A DNA stretch of 64,000 nt from an uncultured Pseudomonadales bacterium (lineage in GTDB: Bacteria > Patescibacteriota > Microgenomatia > UBA1400 > CAYXSR01), in contig CAYSEI010000001.1 in NCBI GenBank assembly GCA_964430265.1, positions 61,574-125,573 of the forward strand, written 5' to 3'. Shown piece by piece: positions 49,584 to 60,201 of this stretch. The position numbers were made by a program, and so were the translations under genes. Under the pieces are notes generated by a model. The model saw only the letters and a program-made list of their open reading frames with translations. It searched no databases and was not told the origin of the DNA. Each line of letters begins with the position of its first letter. The stretch's first letter is position 1.

Positions 49584-50630
49584 ATGCTTGATTCGTTATT
49601 CTCCTTATTTAGTTATGATCTGGGAATTGACCTGGGAACGGCAAATACTTTGGTTTTGGTTAAAGGTAAAGGAATTGTAATTAATGAACCTTCGGTAGTA
49701 GCCAGACACAAAGACACAAAAAAAGTTCTTGCCATTGGTAAAGAAGCAAAGCAGATGGTGGGCAAAACTCCTTCCAAAATTGAGATTATTTATCCTCTGC
49801 GCAACGGTGTGATTGCAGATTTGGATGCTACGGAAGCAATGTTGCAAAAATATATTCGTTTTTTACACGAAACGCCGGGAATGATGCCGAAACTTCCACG
49901 GCCGCGGGTAATAATTGGCATTCCTTCCGGTATTACGGAAGTTGAAAGAAGAGCGGTTCATGAAGCTGCTTTGCATGCAGGAGCCAGAAAAGCATACTTA
50001 ATTGAAGAACCAATGGCTGCCGCAATTGGAGGCGGACTGCCGGTTGAAAAAGCGGAAGGTCAATTAATAGTGGACATTGGCGGAGGAACAACAGAAATTG
50101 CCGTAATTTCTTTAGGAGGAATAGTAGTTGACCGTTGTTTACGTGTTGCCGGGAATAAAATGGATGATGCAATTATTACTTTTAGCCGTATGAAACACGG
50201 CTTATTATTGGGTCAGCCGACAGCGGAAAGGGTAAAAAAAGAGATTGGCAGTGCAATTCCTTTTAAAAAGGAAAAAATATCAATTGTCAGAGGAAGGGAA
50301 CTGGGAAGAGGATTACCCAGATCTCTTAAGTTAAACAGTACTGAAGTTAGGGAAGCATTGGGTTCCGTAGTTCAGCAGATTATAAATGGGGTTTCAGAGG
50401 TGATTGAAGAAACTCCGCCTGAACTTTTGTCCGATGTTTTAAATCACGGTATTGCTATGGCAGGCGGAGGCAGCAAGCTATACGGAATAGATAAAGCTTT
50501 GGCTGAAGAAACAAAAATGCCGGTATGGCAGGTTGAGAACCCGCAAACAGCAGTAGTTAGAGGATGCGGCAAACTTTTGGAAGAACAAGCGTTACTGGAT
50601 AAAGTCAAGGTAATCGGCGGTTTAAAATAG
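49584..50630 (+). CDS. mreB: Rod shape-determining actin MreB
   Basis: GIDLGTANT, EPSVVA, EEPMAAAIG, DIGGGTTE; start ATG 49584 after TGnTAAAAT. Confidence 0.98.
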   Translation: MLDSLFSLFSYDLGIDLGTANTLVLVKGKGIVINEPSVVARHKDTKKVLAIGKEAKQMVGKTPSKIEIIYPLRNGVIADLDATEAMLQKYIRFLHETPGMMPKLPRPRVIIGIPSGITEVERRAVHEAALHAGARKAYLIEEPMAAAIGGGLPVEKAEGQLIVDIGGGTTEIAVISLGGIVVDRCLRVAGNKMDDAIITFSRMKHGLLLGQPTAERVKKEIGSAIPFKKEKISIVRGRELGRGLPRSLKLNSTEVREALGSVVQQIINGVSEVIEETPPELLSDVLNHGIAMAGGGSKLYGIDKALAEETKMPVWQVENPQTAVVRGCGKLLEEQALLDKVKVIGGLK

Positions 50631-50648
50631 ATTTTTTCAAATACATTT

Positions 50649-51224
50649 ATGAAAATTTCTTCAATTATTTCCAGGATATTTGATCCAATTTTAATTTCTC
50701 CATTAATCTTGTTTTTTATTTCTTGGATTACACCCACTTCTCTAAGCAAAAACATTTTTTTTCTTTTATTAATGTTAATTATTTTTGTATCAAGTGTTGT
50801 TAGTTTTTATATTTTAAGAAAACTGGATTTAATCAAAGACCGGGATATTACCAATAGAGAAGAAAGGCCTTTGTTTTTTTCAATTGTGCTTTTAAGTATT
50901 GTAGTATTTTTATTGTATATTTTCTTTTTTGACAAACAACAAGCTTTTATTTTTCTATTAAAAGTTCTTTCTCCTTTTTTTGCCTTTTATTTAATCAGTT
51001 TCTTTTACAAGGTCTCTGGCCACGGATTTATTAATAGTTTGTTTTTTATGGTCCTATTTTTGTTTTTAATAAAAATTAATAAATTTAATTTTTTATGGCT
51101 GGGATTAATGCTAATAAGCATATTTGCTATTGGATGGGCCAGGGTAAAGTTGAAAAAACACACGCTTTTACAAGTAATTATTGGCAGTTTATTGCCTTGG
51201 ATAAGCTTCTTTATGTTAAGATAG
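50649..51224 (+). CDS. PAP2-like membrane protein
   Basis: About 6 TM helices; KVSGH and WARVKLKKHT resemble PAP2 C2/C3 motifs. Confidence 0.55.
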   Translation: MKISSIISRIFDPILISPLILFFISWITPTSLSKNIFFLLLMLIIFVSSVVSFYILRKLDLIKDRDITNREERPLFFSIVLLSIVVFLLYIFFFDKQQAFIFLLKVLSPFFAFYLISFFYKVSGHGFINSLFFMVLFLFLIKINKFNFLWLGLMLISIFAIGWARVKLKKHTLLQVIIGSLLPWISFFMLR

Positions 51225-51249
51225 TTTTAATATAATATATAGTATTGCT

Positions 51250-52062
51250 GTGAAATCAAAATATAAGGTATTGTCTGTTTTAATTGTATTGAGTTTGTTG
51301 CTGATGGGAATGGATTCCAAAACGTGGTTGTATTGGCCAAAAAAAAACTTTGAAAAATTGTTTAATCCCTTACAAAAAAGTATCTATGCATCCTCAATAA
51401 AAATTAGTGAATGGAAGCAGGTTATTGGGATTCGGGAAAAACAGAAAATTATAATACTTGAAAATGAAAACAGCGGACTGCAGGAAAAAGTTGCTATTTT
51501 AGAAAAAGAAAACCAAAAACTAAAAGAACTTACCCAAGATAAAGATTACCTTCTGCAAGTGCCGACCTCTCCCAAGTGGAATTTTTTACCTGCTCAAGTT
51601 TTACGTTCCAATGGAACAGATTTGCTAATAAACAAAGGAAAAGAGAACCAACTAAAAGAAGGGATGATTGTTATTAGAGGTAACAAAGATTTGAATACAG
51701 CTATTTTAATTGGAAAGATTATTCAAGTTAATCCAATTTCTTCCTTGGTCAGTCTTCCTTCTAGTACTAATAAAGAAATTGCAGTTGAATTAATCGATGG
51801 AGGAGAAGGCTTTGTTAAAGGAAAAATCAATGGAGAGATAGAGCTTTTTAATGTACTTCAAGAAGTTGAGATTAAGCAAAACGAATTGGTGGTTACCAGT
51901 GGAAAAGAAGAAAAATATCCTAAGGGACTTGTTATTGGCAGGGTAAAAAATATTATTAAAGAAGAAAGTGAAGTTTATCAAAAAGCGATTATTGAACCAA
52001 TTAGAAAATATTCAGAATTAGAAAATATTTTTGTGGTTTTAGTTAGTGATTTTAAAAGGTAA
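51250..52062 (+). CDS. mreC: Rod shape-determining protein MreC
   Basis: TM + coiled coil (EN.KLK); INKG...GM.V; VVTSG...YPKGL.IG. Confidence 0.92.
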   Translation: MKSKYKVLSVLIVLSLLLMGMDSKTWLYWPKKNFEKLFNPLQKSIYASSIKISEWKQVIGIREKQKIIILENENSGLQEKVAILEKENQKLKELTQDKDYLLQVPTSPKWNFLPAQVLRSNGTDLLINKGKENQLKEGMIVIRGNKDLNTAILIGKIIQVNPISSLVSLPSSTNKEIAVELIDGGEGFVKGKINGEIELFNVLQEVEIKQNELVVTSGKEEKYPKGLVIGRVKNIIKEESEVYQKAIIEPIRKYSELENIFVVLVSDFKR

Positions 52063-52064
52063 GC

Positions 52065-52430
52065 ATGGAAAACTTTTTATTGTTTATTTTAATTGCTAGC
52101 AGTTTTTATTCAAACCAGGAACAAAAAAAATTCTACTTTGCTTTTTTCTTGGGTTTGTTTATTGACCTTTGGAGCGGAGAGTTAATTGGTAGAACCAGCT
52201 TAAGCTTTTTAATTATTACTTTTTTGGCAGATTTGTACTCAAGAAAATATTCCAGCGGCCATTTTATATTTCAAGCAGTATTTACTTTTGTTTCGGTCTG
52301 GATTCTTGATTTTATAAAAGGAGGGCTTTGGACATTTGGAGAAGGACTTTTTTGGGCGATTTTTTCCAGTTTAGGCTTGTTTGTAATTAAAAAAATTTTC
52401 AGTAATACAGATTTAAAATTAGAAATATGA
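52065..52430 (+). CDS. mreD: MreD-like membrane protein
   Basis: AFFLGLFIDLWSG..IG; lies between mreC and mrdA. Confidence 0.75.
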   Translation: MENFLLFILIASSFYSNQEQKKFYFAFFLGLFIDLWSGELIGRTSLSFLIITFLADLYSRKYSSGHFIFQAVFTFVSVWILDFIKGGLWTFGEGLFWAIFSSLGLFVIKKIFSNTDLKLEI

Positions 52431-53911
52431 AAGAAAGCATAAAAACAAGATATTTTTATATATTACTATTTATTGGGTTTGGAATTCTCTTCAGCCGTTT
52501 ATTTTGGCTGCAAATAGTTAAAGGGGCTTACTATGAAAAACTGGCAGAGGACAATAGTATTAAAGTAAAAGACATCCCTGCCCCAAGAGGAATTATTCGT
52601 GACAAAAATGACGAGATTTTGGTTCGTAACCGGCCAGAAGGAAGGGAATATATATACAAGGAAACATTGGCGCATGTTAGCGGATATATTGGGGAAGCAA
52701 GTCAAGAAGAAGTTGAAACCGGGAAATGGGAAAGCGGAGACATAATTGGAAAAATGGGTGTGGAAAAAGAGTACGACAATATATTAAGGGGTGAAAAAGG
52801 GGAAATTCTGGTGGAAACTGATGCAGAAGGTAAAGTATTACGTGAGCTGAGTAGAATTGAACCACAATCGGGTGATGATTTAAGTTTAAATATCGATTTA
52901 AAATTACAGGAGAAAGTTTATCAAGAATTAAAAGAAAAAAAGGGTGCAATAATTGTTAGTACACCTCGTGGAAAGATTCTTGCCCTGGCAAGCTATCCTT
53001 CTTTTGATCCCAATGTTTTTACTTTAAAAAAAGAAAACAAAGAAGAACAATTAGAAAACATTTTTGAGAATAAGGACCAACCATTATTTAATCGAAGCAT
53101 TTCAGGTATGTATCCGCCTGCTTCCACTTTTAAAATTGTTTCCGGAATAGCAGGTTTGGAAGAAGGAAAGATTGATGGTTCCACAGTTGTTGAAGATCAA
53201 GGAGTTTTAAGGGTGGGAAAGTGGACGTTTGGAAACTGGTACTACCGACAATACGGAAAAACTGAAGGAGATGTGGATCTGGTCAAGGCACTTCAAAGAA
53301 GTAATGATATCTATTTTTATAAAGTAGGCGAGTGGGTTGGTATTGAAAACATGGCTGAATGGGCAAAGAATTTTGGTTATGGTCAATATACGGGAATTGA
53401 TCTTCCGGGAGAAGAAAAAGGCTTGATCCCAACTCCGGAATGGAAAAAAGAGGTAAAAGGCGAATCCTGGTATTTAGGAGACTCTTTTATTACTGCTATT
53501 GGACAGGGTGATCTTTTGGCAACACCTGTTCAGGTAAATAAAATGACGATGCTGGTTGCAAATGATGGATATCTATGTAAACAAAGGCTTGCTGAAAACC
53601 AAAAAGAAGAATGTAAGCCGATTGGTGTTAATTTCGAGCATTTGCAGCTGATTAAACAAGGAATGAAAGCAGCTTGTGCTGAAGGCGGAACAGGATGGCC
53701 TTTTTTTGATTTTGATCCTTGGGTAGGCTGTAAAACCGGGACAGCAGAAACCGGAGGGGAAGAAACAGAACCCCATGCATGGTTTACGGCTTATGCTCCT
53801 TATGATAATCCTGAAATAGTAGTTACCGTGTTATTGGAAAATGCGGGTGAGGGTTCTTCTGAAGCAGGACCGGTTGCAAAGGAAATATTAAATTATTGGC
53901 TTAATGACTGA
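52427..53911 (+). CDS. mrdA: Penicillin-binding protein 2 (shortened)
   Basis: APRGII.D, PASTFK (SxxK), SND, KTGT. Confidence 0.92.
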   Translation: MKESIKTRYFYILLFIGFGILFSRLFWLQIVKGAYYEKLAEDNSIKVKDIPAPRGIIRDKNDEILVRNRPEGREYIYKETLAHVSGYIGEASQEEVETGKWESGDIIGKMGVEKEYDNILRGEKGEILVETDAEGKVLRELSRIEPQSGDDLSLNIDLKLQEKVYQELKEKKGAIIVSTPRGKILALASYPSFDPNVFTLKKENKEEQLENIFENKDQPLFNRSISGMYPPASTFKIVSGIAGLEEGKIDGSTVVEDQGVLRVGKWTFGNWYYRQYGKTEGDVDLVKALQRSNDIYFYKVGEWVGIENMAEWAKNFGYGQYTGIDLPGEEKGLIPTPEWKKEVKGESWYLGDSFITAIGQGDLLATPVQVNKMTMLVANDGYLCKQRLAENQKEECKPIGVNFEHLQLIKQGMKAACAEGGTGWPFFDFDPWVGCKTGTAETGGEETEPHAWFTAYAPYDNPEIVVTVLLENAGEGSSEAGPVAKEILNYWLND

Positions 53912-54785
53912 ACAGAAAAAATACTGGCTCGGTTTTTCCCTTTTTCCCGGGATTGGTCCGAAAAGGTTTTTTTTGCTGTTAAACTATTTTGGATCAGCTC
54001 AAAATATATGGCAAGCCTCGGAAAACAAACTTATTCAAACAGGATTATCGCAAAAAATAGTTAAACGTTTTGTAATTTATCGAAAAAGTATTGATTTGGG
54101 AAGCAAAGAAAAAGAACTTGTAAAGAAAAAAACGCAATTTGTCACATATAGTGACAAATTGTATCCGCAATATTTAAAAGAAATTTCTTCTCCGCCAATT
54201 GGTTTGTATGTAAAAGGCAGATTATTTCTCTCTGATAAAAAAACAATTGCAGTTGTTGGAACACGTAAAGTTACAGAATACGGTAAAAAAGTAACTTTAC
54301 AGCTGGTAAAAGATTTGGTTGCAAGCGGTTTTACAATAATTTCCGGTTTGGCAAGGGGTGTAGACGGGGTTGCACATAAAGCTGCTTTAGGTAACGGTGG
54401 GAAAACAATTGCTGTTTTAGGTTCGGGAGTTGATGTTGTTTATCCGCCTGAACACAAGGCATTAGCAAGAGCAATAATTGCTTCCAATAAAGGAGCAGTT
54501 ATTAGTGAATTTCCAATGGGAACTACGCCTAAAAAAGGACACTTCCCAGCTAGGAACAGGATTGTTTCCGGTATCAGTCTTGGTGTTTTAATAATTGAAG
54601 GTGCCAGAAAATCTGGTACAAAAATAACTGCAACCTGTGCTGCTAATCAAGGCCGTGAGGTTTTTGCAGTACCGGGTCCAATTGATTCCTCCTTAAGTGC
54701 CGGTCCTGCGGATCTGATTAAAGAAGGCGCAAAGCTAGTGACAGGGATTGATGATATTTTGGAGGAATTTAAGCATGCTATTTGA
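53904..54785 (+). CDS. dprA: DNA-protecting protein DprA
   Basis: AVVGTR, SGLARGVD..AH, FPARNRI. Confidence 0.95.
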   Translation: MTEQKKYWLGFSLFPGIGPKRFFLLLNYFGSAQNIWQASENKLIQTGLSQKIVKRFVIYRKSIDLGSKEKELVKKKTQFVTYSDKLYPQYLKEISSPPIGLYVKGRLFLSDKKTIAVVGTRKVTEYGKKVTLQLVKDLVASGFTIISGLARGVDGVAHKAALGNGGKTIAVLGSGVDVVYPPEHKALARAIIASNKGAVISEFPMGTTPKKGHFPARNRIVSGISLGVLIIEGARKSGTKITATCAANQGREVFAVPGPIDSSLSAGPADLIKEGAKLVTGIDDILEEFKHAI

Positions 54786-54810
54786 CAAAATAGGCAAGTT
54801 TTCTTATGCT
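54782..54810 (+). promoter_or_regulatory. Sigma70 promoter of topA
   Basis: TTGACA-17 nt-TATGCT, 9 nt before ATG. Confidence 0.65.
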
Positions 54811-54819
54811 TAGTAAAGT

Positions 54820-56781
54820 ATGAAACTAGTTTTAGTAGAGTCACCAACCAAAGCACGTACCTTAACCAGGTTTTTAAAAGACAAGTATCAAATAGAGGCA
54901 AGTATGGGGCATATTCGTGATTTGCCTAAGAGTAAATTAGGAGTTGATGTAGAAGATAAATTTGAGCCCCACTATGTGGTTCCTTCTTCCAAGAAAAAGG
55001 TTGTCGGCAAGCTGAGAAAAATATCTAAGGATGCAGATGAGATAATTCTTGCAACTGACTTGGATAGGGAAGGAGAAGCGATTGCTTATCACTTACGCTA
55101 TTTACTAAAAAACGGTAAAGCTGGTAAAAATAATAAAAAAGAATTTAAAAGAATAACCTTCCATGAAATAACCAAAGAAGCAATTGAAAAAGCCTTAAAA
55201 GCTCCCGGGAAAATTAATATGGAATTGGTGGATTCGCAACAAGCCAGGAGAGTTTTGGACAGGCTTGTAGGGTACAAGCTTTCTCCTTTATTATGGAAAA
55301 AAGTTCGTACCGGATTATCAGCAGGACGTGTACAAACTCCGGCGGTCCGTTTAATAGTTGACAAGGAAAGGGAGATTGAAGCTTTTGATCCGGAAGAATA
55401 CTGGAAAATATATGCTATTCTGGCCCCAAAAAAAGACAAAGAATTTACCGGATTATTGATTAAAAAAGATGAAGAAACTTTAAAAATTAAAAACGAGAAG
55501 CAAGCAAAGAAACATTGTGATATATTAGATAAATCGAAGTATCGAGTAAAAGATGTCCGGAAAAAGAAAATTACTATTAGTCCACGGCCTCCTTTTATAA
55601 CTTCAAGTTTGCAGCGGGTTGCATCCATCTATTATCACTGGACAAGCAAAAAAACAATGCATTTTGCGCAAAGGCTTTATGAAAAAGGTTTAATTACCTA
55701 TCACAGGACTGACTCGTATAATCTAAACAAAAAAGCGGTTGTGAGCTGCAGAAAATATATTAAAGACAAATACGGTGACAAATATGTTCCGGAAAAGCCG
55801 CGTTTTTACAAAACAAAGTCTAAACTAGCACAAGAGGCACACGAAGCAATTCGGGTTACTGATATGACAATCACTCCGGAAAAGCTTAAACTAAAAGGTG
55901 CGGAAAAAAAACTATATGAGTTAATATTTAAGCGCTTTGTTGGCTGTCAGATGTCTGATCGGATAGTGGAAAGAACAACAATTGATGTTGAAGCAAAAGA
56001 TAATGGAAATGCATTTTTATTCAGAACTAAAGGAAGGATTGAAAAATTCCCGGGCTGGAGAAAAGTTTATGGTAATAAGAAAGAAGAAAAAGACGAACTG
56101 CCTGAAGTTAAAAAAGACGAAAAACTGGATTTGAAAAAACTGGATCCACAGCAAAAATTCACTTCACCTCCTCCCAGATATACGGAATCTACTTTAATTA
56201 AGGAACTTGAAGACAAGGGGATTGGCAGACCTTCGACTTACGCCTCAATTATCAGCACTATCCAAAACAGGCGGTATGTTGAAAAAGAGGAAGGTAGATT
56301 TAAGCCAACTCCGGTTGGCACAACTGTTACAGATTTTCTGCTTAAATACTTTCCGAAAATATTTGCTTATCAGTTTACAGCGAAAATGGAAGATGATTTG
56401 GATAAGGTGGCAGAGGGCAAAGAGAACTGGACTGAATTAATGGAAGACTTTTATGAACCTTTTGAAAAGAACTTGGAAAAAGCATTGGAAAAAGCTGAAA
56501 GACAAAAAATTGAGGCGGAAAAAATTGGCAAAAAATGCCCAAAGTGTGAAAAGGGAGAGCAAGTAATTAGAGTAGGTAAGTATGGTAAATTCTTATCTTG
56601 TTCGCGTTTTCCGGATTGTAAGTGGACAGCTGCATATGTAGAAAAACTTGAAGATTTTGAATGCCCGGAATGTGGAGGAGACGTAGTGATTAAAAGAACT
56701 CGTAAGGGCAAGAAATTTTATGGGTGCTCCAATTATCCGAAATGTGAATGGGCTTCCTGGAAAAACCCGAAAAAGAAATAA
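54820..56781 (+). CDS. topA: DNA topoisomerase I
   Basis: VESPTKA, D.DREGE, SAGRVQ, ITYHRTD, two C4 zinc ribbons. Confidence 0.98.
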   Translation: MKLVLVESPTKARTLTRFLKDKYQIEASMGHIRDLPKSKLGVDVEDKFEPHYVVPSSKKKVVGKLRKISKDADEIILATDLDREGEAIAYHLRYLLKNGKAGKNNKKEFKRITFHEITKEAIEKALKAPGKINMELVDSQQARRVLDRLVGYKLSPLLWKKVRTGLSAGRVQTPAVRLIVDKEREIEAFDPEEYWKIYAILAPKKDKEFTGLLIKKDEETLKIKNEKQAKKHCDILDKSKYRVKDVRKKKITISPRPPFITSSLQRVASIYYHWTSKKTMHFAQRLYEKGLITYHRTDSYNLNKKAVVSCRKYIKDKYGDKYVPEKPRFYKTKSKLAQEAHEAIRVTDMTITPEKLKLKGAEKKLYELIFKRFVGCQMSDRIVERTTIDVEAKDNGNAFLFRTKGRIEKFPGWRKVYGNKKEEKDELPEVKKDEKLDLKKLDPQQKFTSPPPRYTESTLIKELEDKGIGRPSTYASIISTIQNRRYVEKEEGRFKPTPVGTTVTDFLLKYFPKIFAYQFTAKMEDDLDKVAEGKENWTELMEDFYEPFEKNLEKALEKAERQKIEAEKIGKKCPKCEKGEQVIRVGKYGKFLSCSRFPDCKWTAAYVEKLEDFECPECGGDVVIKRTRKGKKFYGCSNYPKCEWASWKNPKKK

Positions 56782-56865
56782 ATTAATTTAGAATATATTT
56801 ATTGCTGTTTTATTGAAAGATATCTTTAATTTGATTGTAAATTGTCTTTAGTTTAGTATAGATGT

Positions 56866-58173
56866 ATGGGTAAGTTTATTGAGAATTTTAAGAAAATAAA
56901 TAAAAAAGTTTTTTTGTTTATTACATTTTTTTTGTTTTTTGTTTTTTCTTCTTCTTTTTTGTATTTAAATGAACTTCAAGCAGCAGATTTACAACTTAAT
57001 TCAAAAGATATATTAAAAACAGTTCAATCTGCACAATCGGGTTTTCAAAGAGTGGAGGTAGGAGAAAAGGAAATATATTACAAAATGAGGACAATAGATG
57101 GTGCAATAGTGGAAAACGATTTTGTTAGCTATGAGTTTGACAAGGATTCAGAGGTTTTACTTGATACGCGGCAAATAGCAAGGACTGAAGTTCCTCCAAG
57201 TCTTCCTGATTTAAAAATAAGCAAGCAGGAAGCGGAGAGTTTGGTAGACGGACAGATACTAAACAGTCAGTTATATTTAATAGATGAGGAGTCAGATATT
57301 TTTGCTTTGGATCCGGCTCCGGAAAATCCTTGTTGGGTAGTTAAAAGTTCATTGAATGGAATTACGGAATTGACAGTTGTTGATGCTTTAACAGGAGAAA
57401 ATTTGGGTAAAGGTATAGCGCCACCTGGAAACGGTTTTGTATTCTCCGGACCAATTTATGTAATAGATTGTCAAGGGAAATGGGAAGCTTGGGTTAAAAA
57501 TGCAGAAGATTGGTTTGAAGCAATGGGATATAAAAGTGATCTTGTATATTATCCTTCAGTAAAACAAATTGAAGCATATATTCAAAATCCTAATACTGAA
57601 GTTTTTTTTGAATTAGCACACGGAAATGAAACTGGTTTTACCCACTGCTGTGATGGAGTAGATAATAATGTATATGCAGAGGATATTAAGAAATGGTTGG
57701 AGAACAGAGATAAGATGAAATTTGCTTTTATTGGAAGTTGTCAGGGAATGTGTAGAACAGAAAATGATGGAACTTTTTCTTATGCTTTTAGAAAAGGTTC
57801 CAATTCTGAAACTTCAACTGTTGGTTATTGTAGAATGGCAGCTGATAAATGTTTTAATTGCTGGTTGGAGTCAATTAATTGGCAGGATACATTATTTGAC
57901 TATTTAAATAAAGGATTAAGTGTGAAACAAGCATTTGATAATGCAAATACAGAATATCCCATGTGTGCGCCACCAACAAGCTGTATGCGTTTTGCCGGAG
58001 ATCCAAATTTGAAATTAAAAAACCCTCAATCCAGTCGATGTCTTGCTTTTGATATTACTGATGATGGAAAAGTGAATATGAATGATTTACTGGAAGTTTT
58101 AAACAGGTGGGGAAATGGATATGGCATGAATGAGCTTTTAGGATTGTTTGATTGTTGGAATGCCACAATATAA
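56866..58173 (+). CDS. Secreted putative clan CD cysteine peptidase with PepSY-like propeptide and dockerin-like tail
   Basis: Signal/TM; IS..EA...W.V...VDA.TGE; AHG and FIGSC; GDP; DITDDGKVNMNDL. Confidence 0.5.
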   Translation: MGKFIENFKKINKKVFLFITFFLFFVFSSSFLYLNELQAADLQLNSKDILKTVQSAQSGFQRVEVGEKEIYYKMRTIDGAIVENDFVSYEFDKDSEVLLDTRQIARTEVPPSLPDLKISKQEAESLVDGQILNSQLYLIDEESDIFALDPAPENPCWVVKSSLNGITELTVVDALTGENLGKGIAPPGNGFVFSGPIYVIDCQGKWEAWVKNAEDWFEAMGYKSDLVYYPSVKQIEAYIQNPNTEVFFELAHGNETGFTHCCDGVDNNVYAEDIKKWLENRDKMKFAFIGSCQGMCRTENDGTFSYAFRKGSNSETSTVGYCRMAADKCFNCWLESINWQDTLFDYLNKGLSVKQAFDNANTEYPMCAPPTSCMRFAGDPNLKLKNPQSSRCLAFDITDDGKVNMNDLLEVLNRWGNGYGMNELLGLFDCWNATI

Positions 58174-58353
58174 AACGCCAATTTATGTAAATAAACAACT
58201 ATGTTTTTTATAGAATAAATAATTGTGTTTTTATACTTTGATATATTAAGTTGTAGTTGACTTTTTGGCTGTCAAAAATTAAAGTAAATATTGTCCCGGT
58301 GAGGCTATAAAATTTACGGTTAAAATATCAATTTTCCTCATATGTAGGTAGTT

Positions 58354-60201
58354 GTGGTTGTTAAAAAAAAAGACATGACATTTTCTCCGGACGAAAAGCT
58401 GGAGAGAATAAAAAACCATCATTTAGATATAAAAAAAACTATTAACGACTACCTGTACCAGAACGGCTGGAAAGCAAAAGCAAACTCCAATTCAAATTAT
58501 TCTTTTTCCGGTTTGGTTCTACATTCCGCAGGTTCTGTGATTGCCAACTATGCGCTTAATGAATTGTATAATAAAAAAATCCGTGAAGCGCACGAAAAAG
58601 GCATTCTTCATATCCATAATTTAACACACTCTATTATTGGCTATTGTGCTGGCTGGAGTCTGGAAAAACTTTTATTAATGGGTTTTGGCAACATCCGCGG
58701 TCAAGTTGATTCCAAACCTGCAAAACACTTGGATACAATAATTTTACATATTATCAATTTCCTGCGCTGTTCATACAATGAATTTGCCGGAGCACAAGCT
58801 TTTTCTTCTTTGGACACTTATCTTGCTCCTTTTGTAGCTGAAGACAATCTTTCTTTTGAAGAAGTAAAGCAAGAAATGCAGAGACTGGTATTTTCCCTAA
58901 ATGTTCCTTCCAAATGGGGATTTGAAATGCCTTTTACAAACTTTACGTTTGATTTAAAGGCGCCGGATGATTTAAAAGACAAAAAAATAATAATTGGAGG
59001 AGAACCACAGAAAAAGACTTATGGTGATTTTCAAAAAGAAATGGACATGATTAATAAAGCATTTTTGGAAGTAATGCTTGAAGGCGATGATTTGGGCAGA
59101 ATCTTTACTTTTCCGATCCCCACATATAATTTGACCAAGGATTTTGATTGGGATAGCAAAATTGCCAAACTATTGTTTAAAGTTACTGCACGCTATGGTG
59201 TTCCTTACTTTCAAAACTATATTGGCTCGAACTTGGATCCCAATTCAATCCGGGCGATGTGCTGCCGTTTAAATTTGGACTTGAATCAATTAACTAATCA
59301 GCCGGGCAGTTTATGGGGTAAAGGCGACAGTACCGGTTCAATTGGGGTAGTAACCATTAATTTAAACAGACTTGCATATTTGGCAAAAAAATCAAATCCT
59401 AAAGATACTAAGAAAGCAGAAGAGGAATTCTTTAATTTAATTGACAAATATATGAGTTTAGCAAAAGACAGTCTGGAAATTAAAAGGGAAGAAGTAAACA
59501 AGAATATGCAGGACGGGCTGATGCCATATACCAAAGCGTATTTAGGATCTTTCCGCAACTATTTTTCCACGATTGGTTTATGCGGCGGTAATGAAGCAGC
59601 GCTTAATCTAGTGGGAAAATCAATTGCAACCGAAGAAGGAAAAAGATTTATTCAAAAAACACTAAAATTTATGCGTAAAAAGTTGGTTGATTTTCAAGAA
59701 CAAACGGGCCACTTGTTTAATTTGGAAGCAACTCCAGCAGAATCCACAAGTTATCGCTTTGCATTATTGGATAAAAAGCTTTGTCCAGGAATAATTACTG
59801 CTGGAACTGAAGAAAGGCCGTATTTAACCAACTCCACACAACTTCCGGTAGACTATACCAATGATCCTATGGAAGCAATACTCAATCAATCCGATATCCA
59901 ACAAATGTATTCCGGAGGAACGGTTTTTCATACTTTTTTGGGTGAGGAAATTGAATGGAAAGAAGCCAAAACTTTAATCAAAAAAATTGCCCAAGAAACA
60001 AAACTGCCGTATTTTACTCTAACTCCGACATTTTCAATCTGCCATGAACACGGTAGAATTAAGGGTGAAGTTTTTAAATGTCCGGAATGCGGTAAGCCGA
60101 CAGAAGTATATTCGCGTGTGGTAGGGTATTTCCGCTCGGTAAGCTTATGGAATGATGGTAAGAAACAAGAATATGAAGAAAGAAAGGAATATAAGGTATG
60201 A
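58354..60201 (+). CDS. nrdD: Anaerobic (class III) ribonucleoside-triphosphate reductase without ATP cone
   Basis: [27 protein letters not shown], glycyl-radical loop YSRVVGYF; start may be ATG 58375. Confidence 0.95.
   Translation: MVVKKKDMTFSPDEKLERIKNHHLDIKKTINDYLYQNGWKAKANSNSNYSFSGLVLHSAGSVIANYALNELYNKKIREAHEKGILHIHNLTHSIIGYCAGWSLEKLLLMGFGNIRGQVDSKPAKHLDTIILHIINFLRCSYNEFAGAQAFSSLDTYLAPFVAEDNLSFEEVKQEMQRLVFSLNVPSKWGFEMPFTNFTFDLKAPDDLKDKKIIIGGEPQKKTYGDFQKEMDMINKAFLEVMLEGDDLGRIFTFPIPTYNLTKDFDWDSKIAKLLFKVTARYGVPYFQNYIGSNLDPNSIRAMCCRLNLDLNQLTNQPGSLWGKGDSTGSIGVVTINLNRLAYLAKKSNPKDTKKAEEEFFNLIDKYMSLAKDSLEIKREEVNKNMQDGLMPYTKAYLGSFRNYFSTIGLCGGNEAALNLVGKSIATEEGKRFIQKTLKFMRKKLVDFQEQTGHLFNLEATPAESTSYRFALLDKKLCPGIITAGTEERPYLTNSTQLPVDYTNDPMEAILNQSDIQQMYSGGTVFHTFLGEEIEWKEAKTLIKKIAQETKLPYFTLTPTFSICHEHGRIKGEVFKCPECGKPTEVYSRVVGYFRSVSLWNDGKKQEYEERKEYKV

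Noticed and set aside
58320-58353. NrdR box upstream of nrdD (tcatatgtag)
   Set aside because: A single weak match lacking the conserved C, with no tandem second box.
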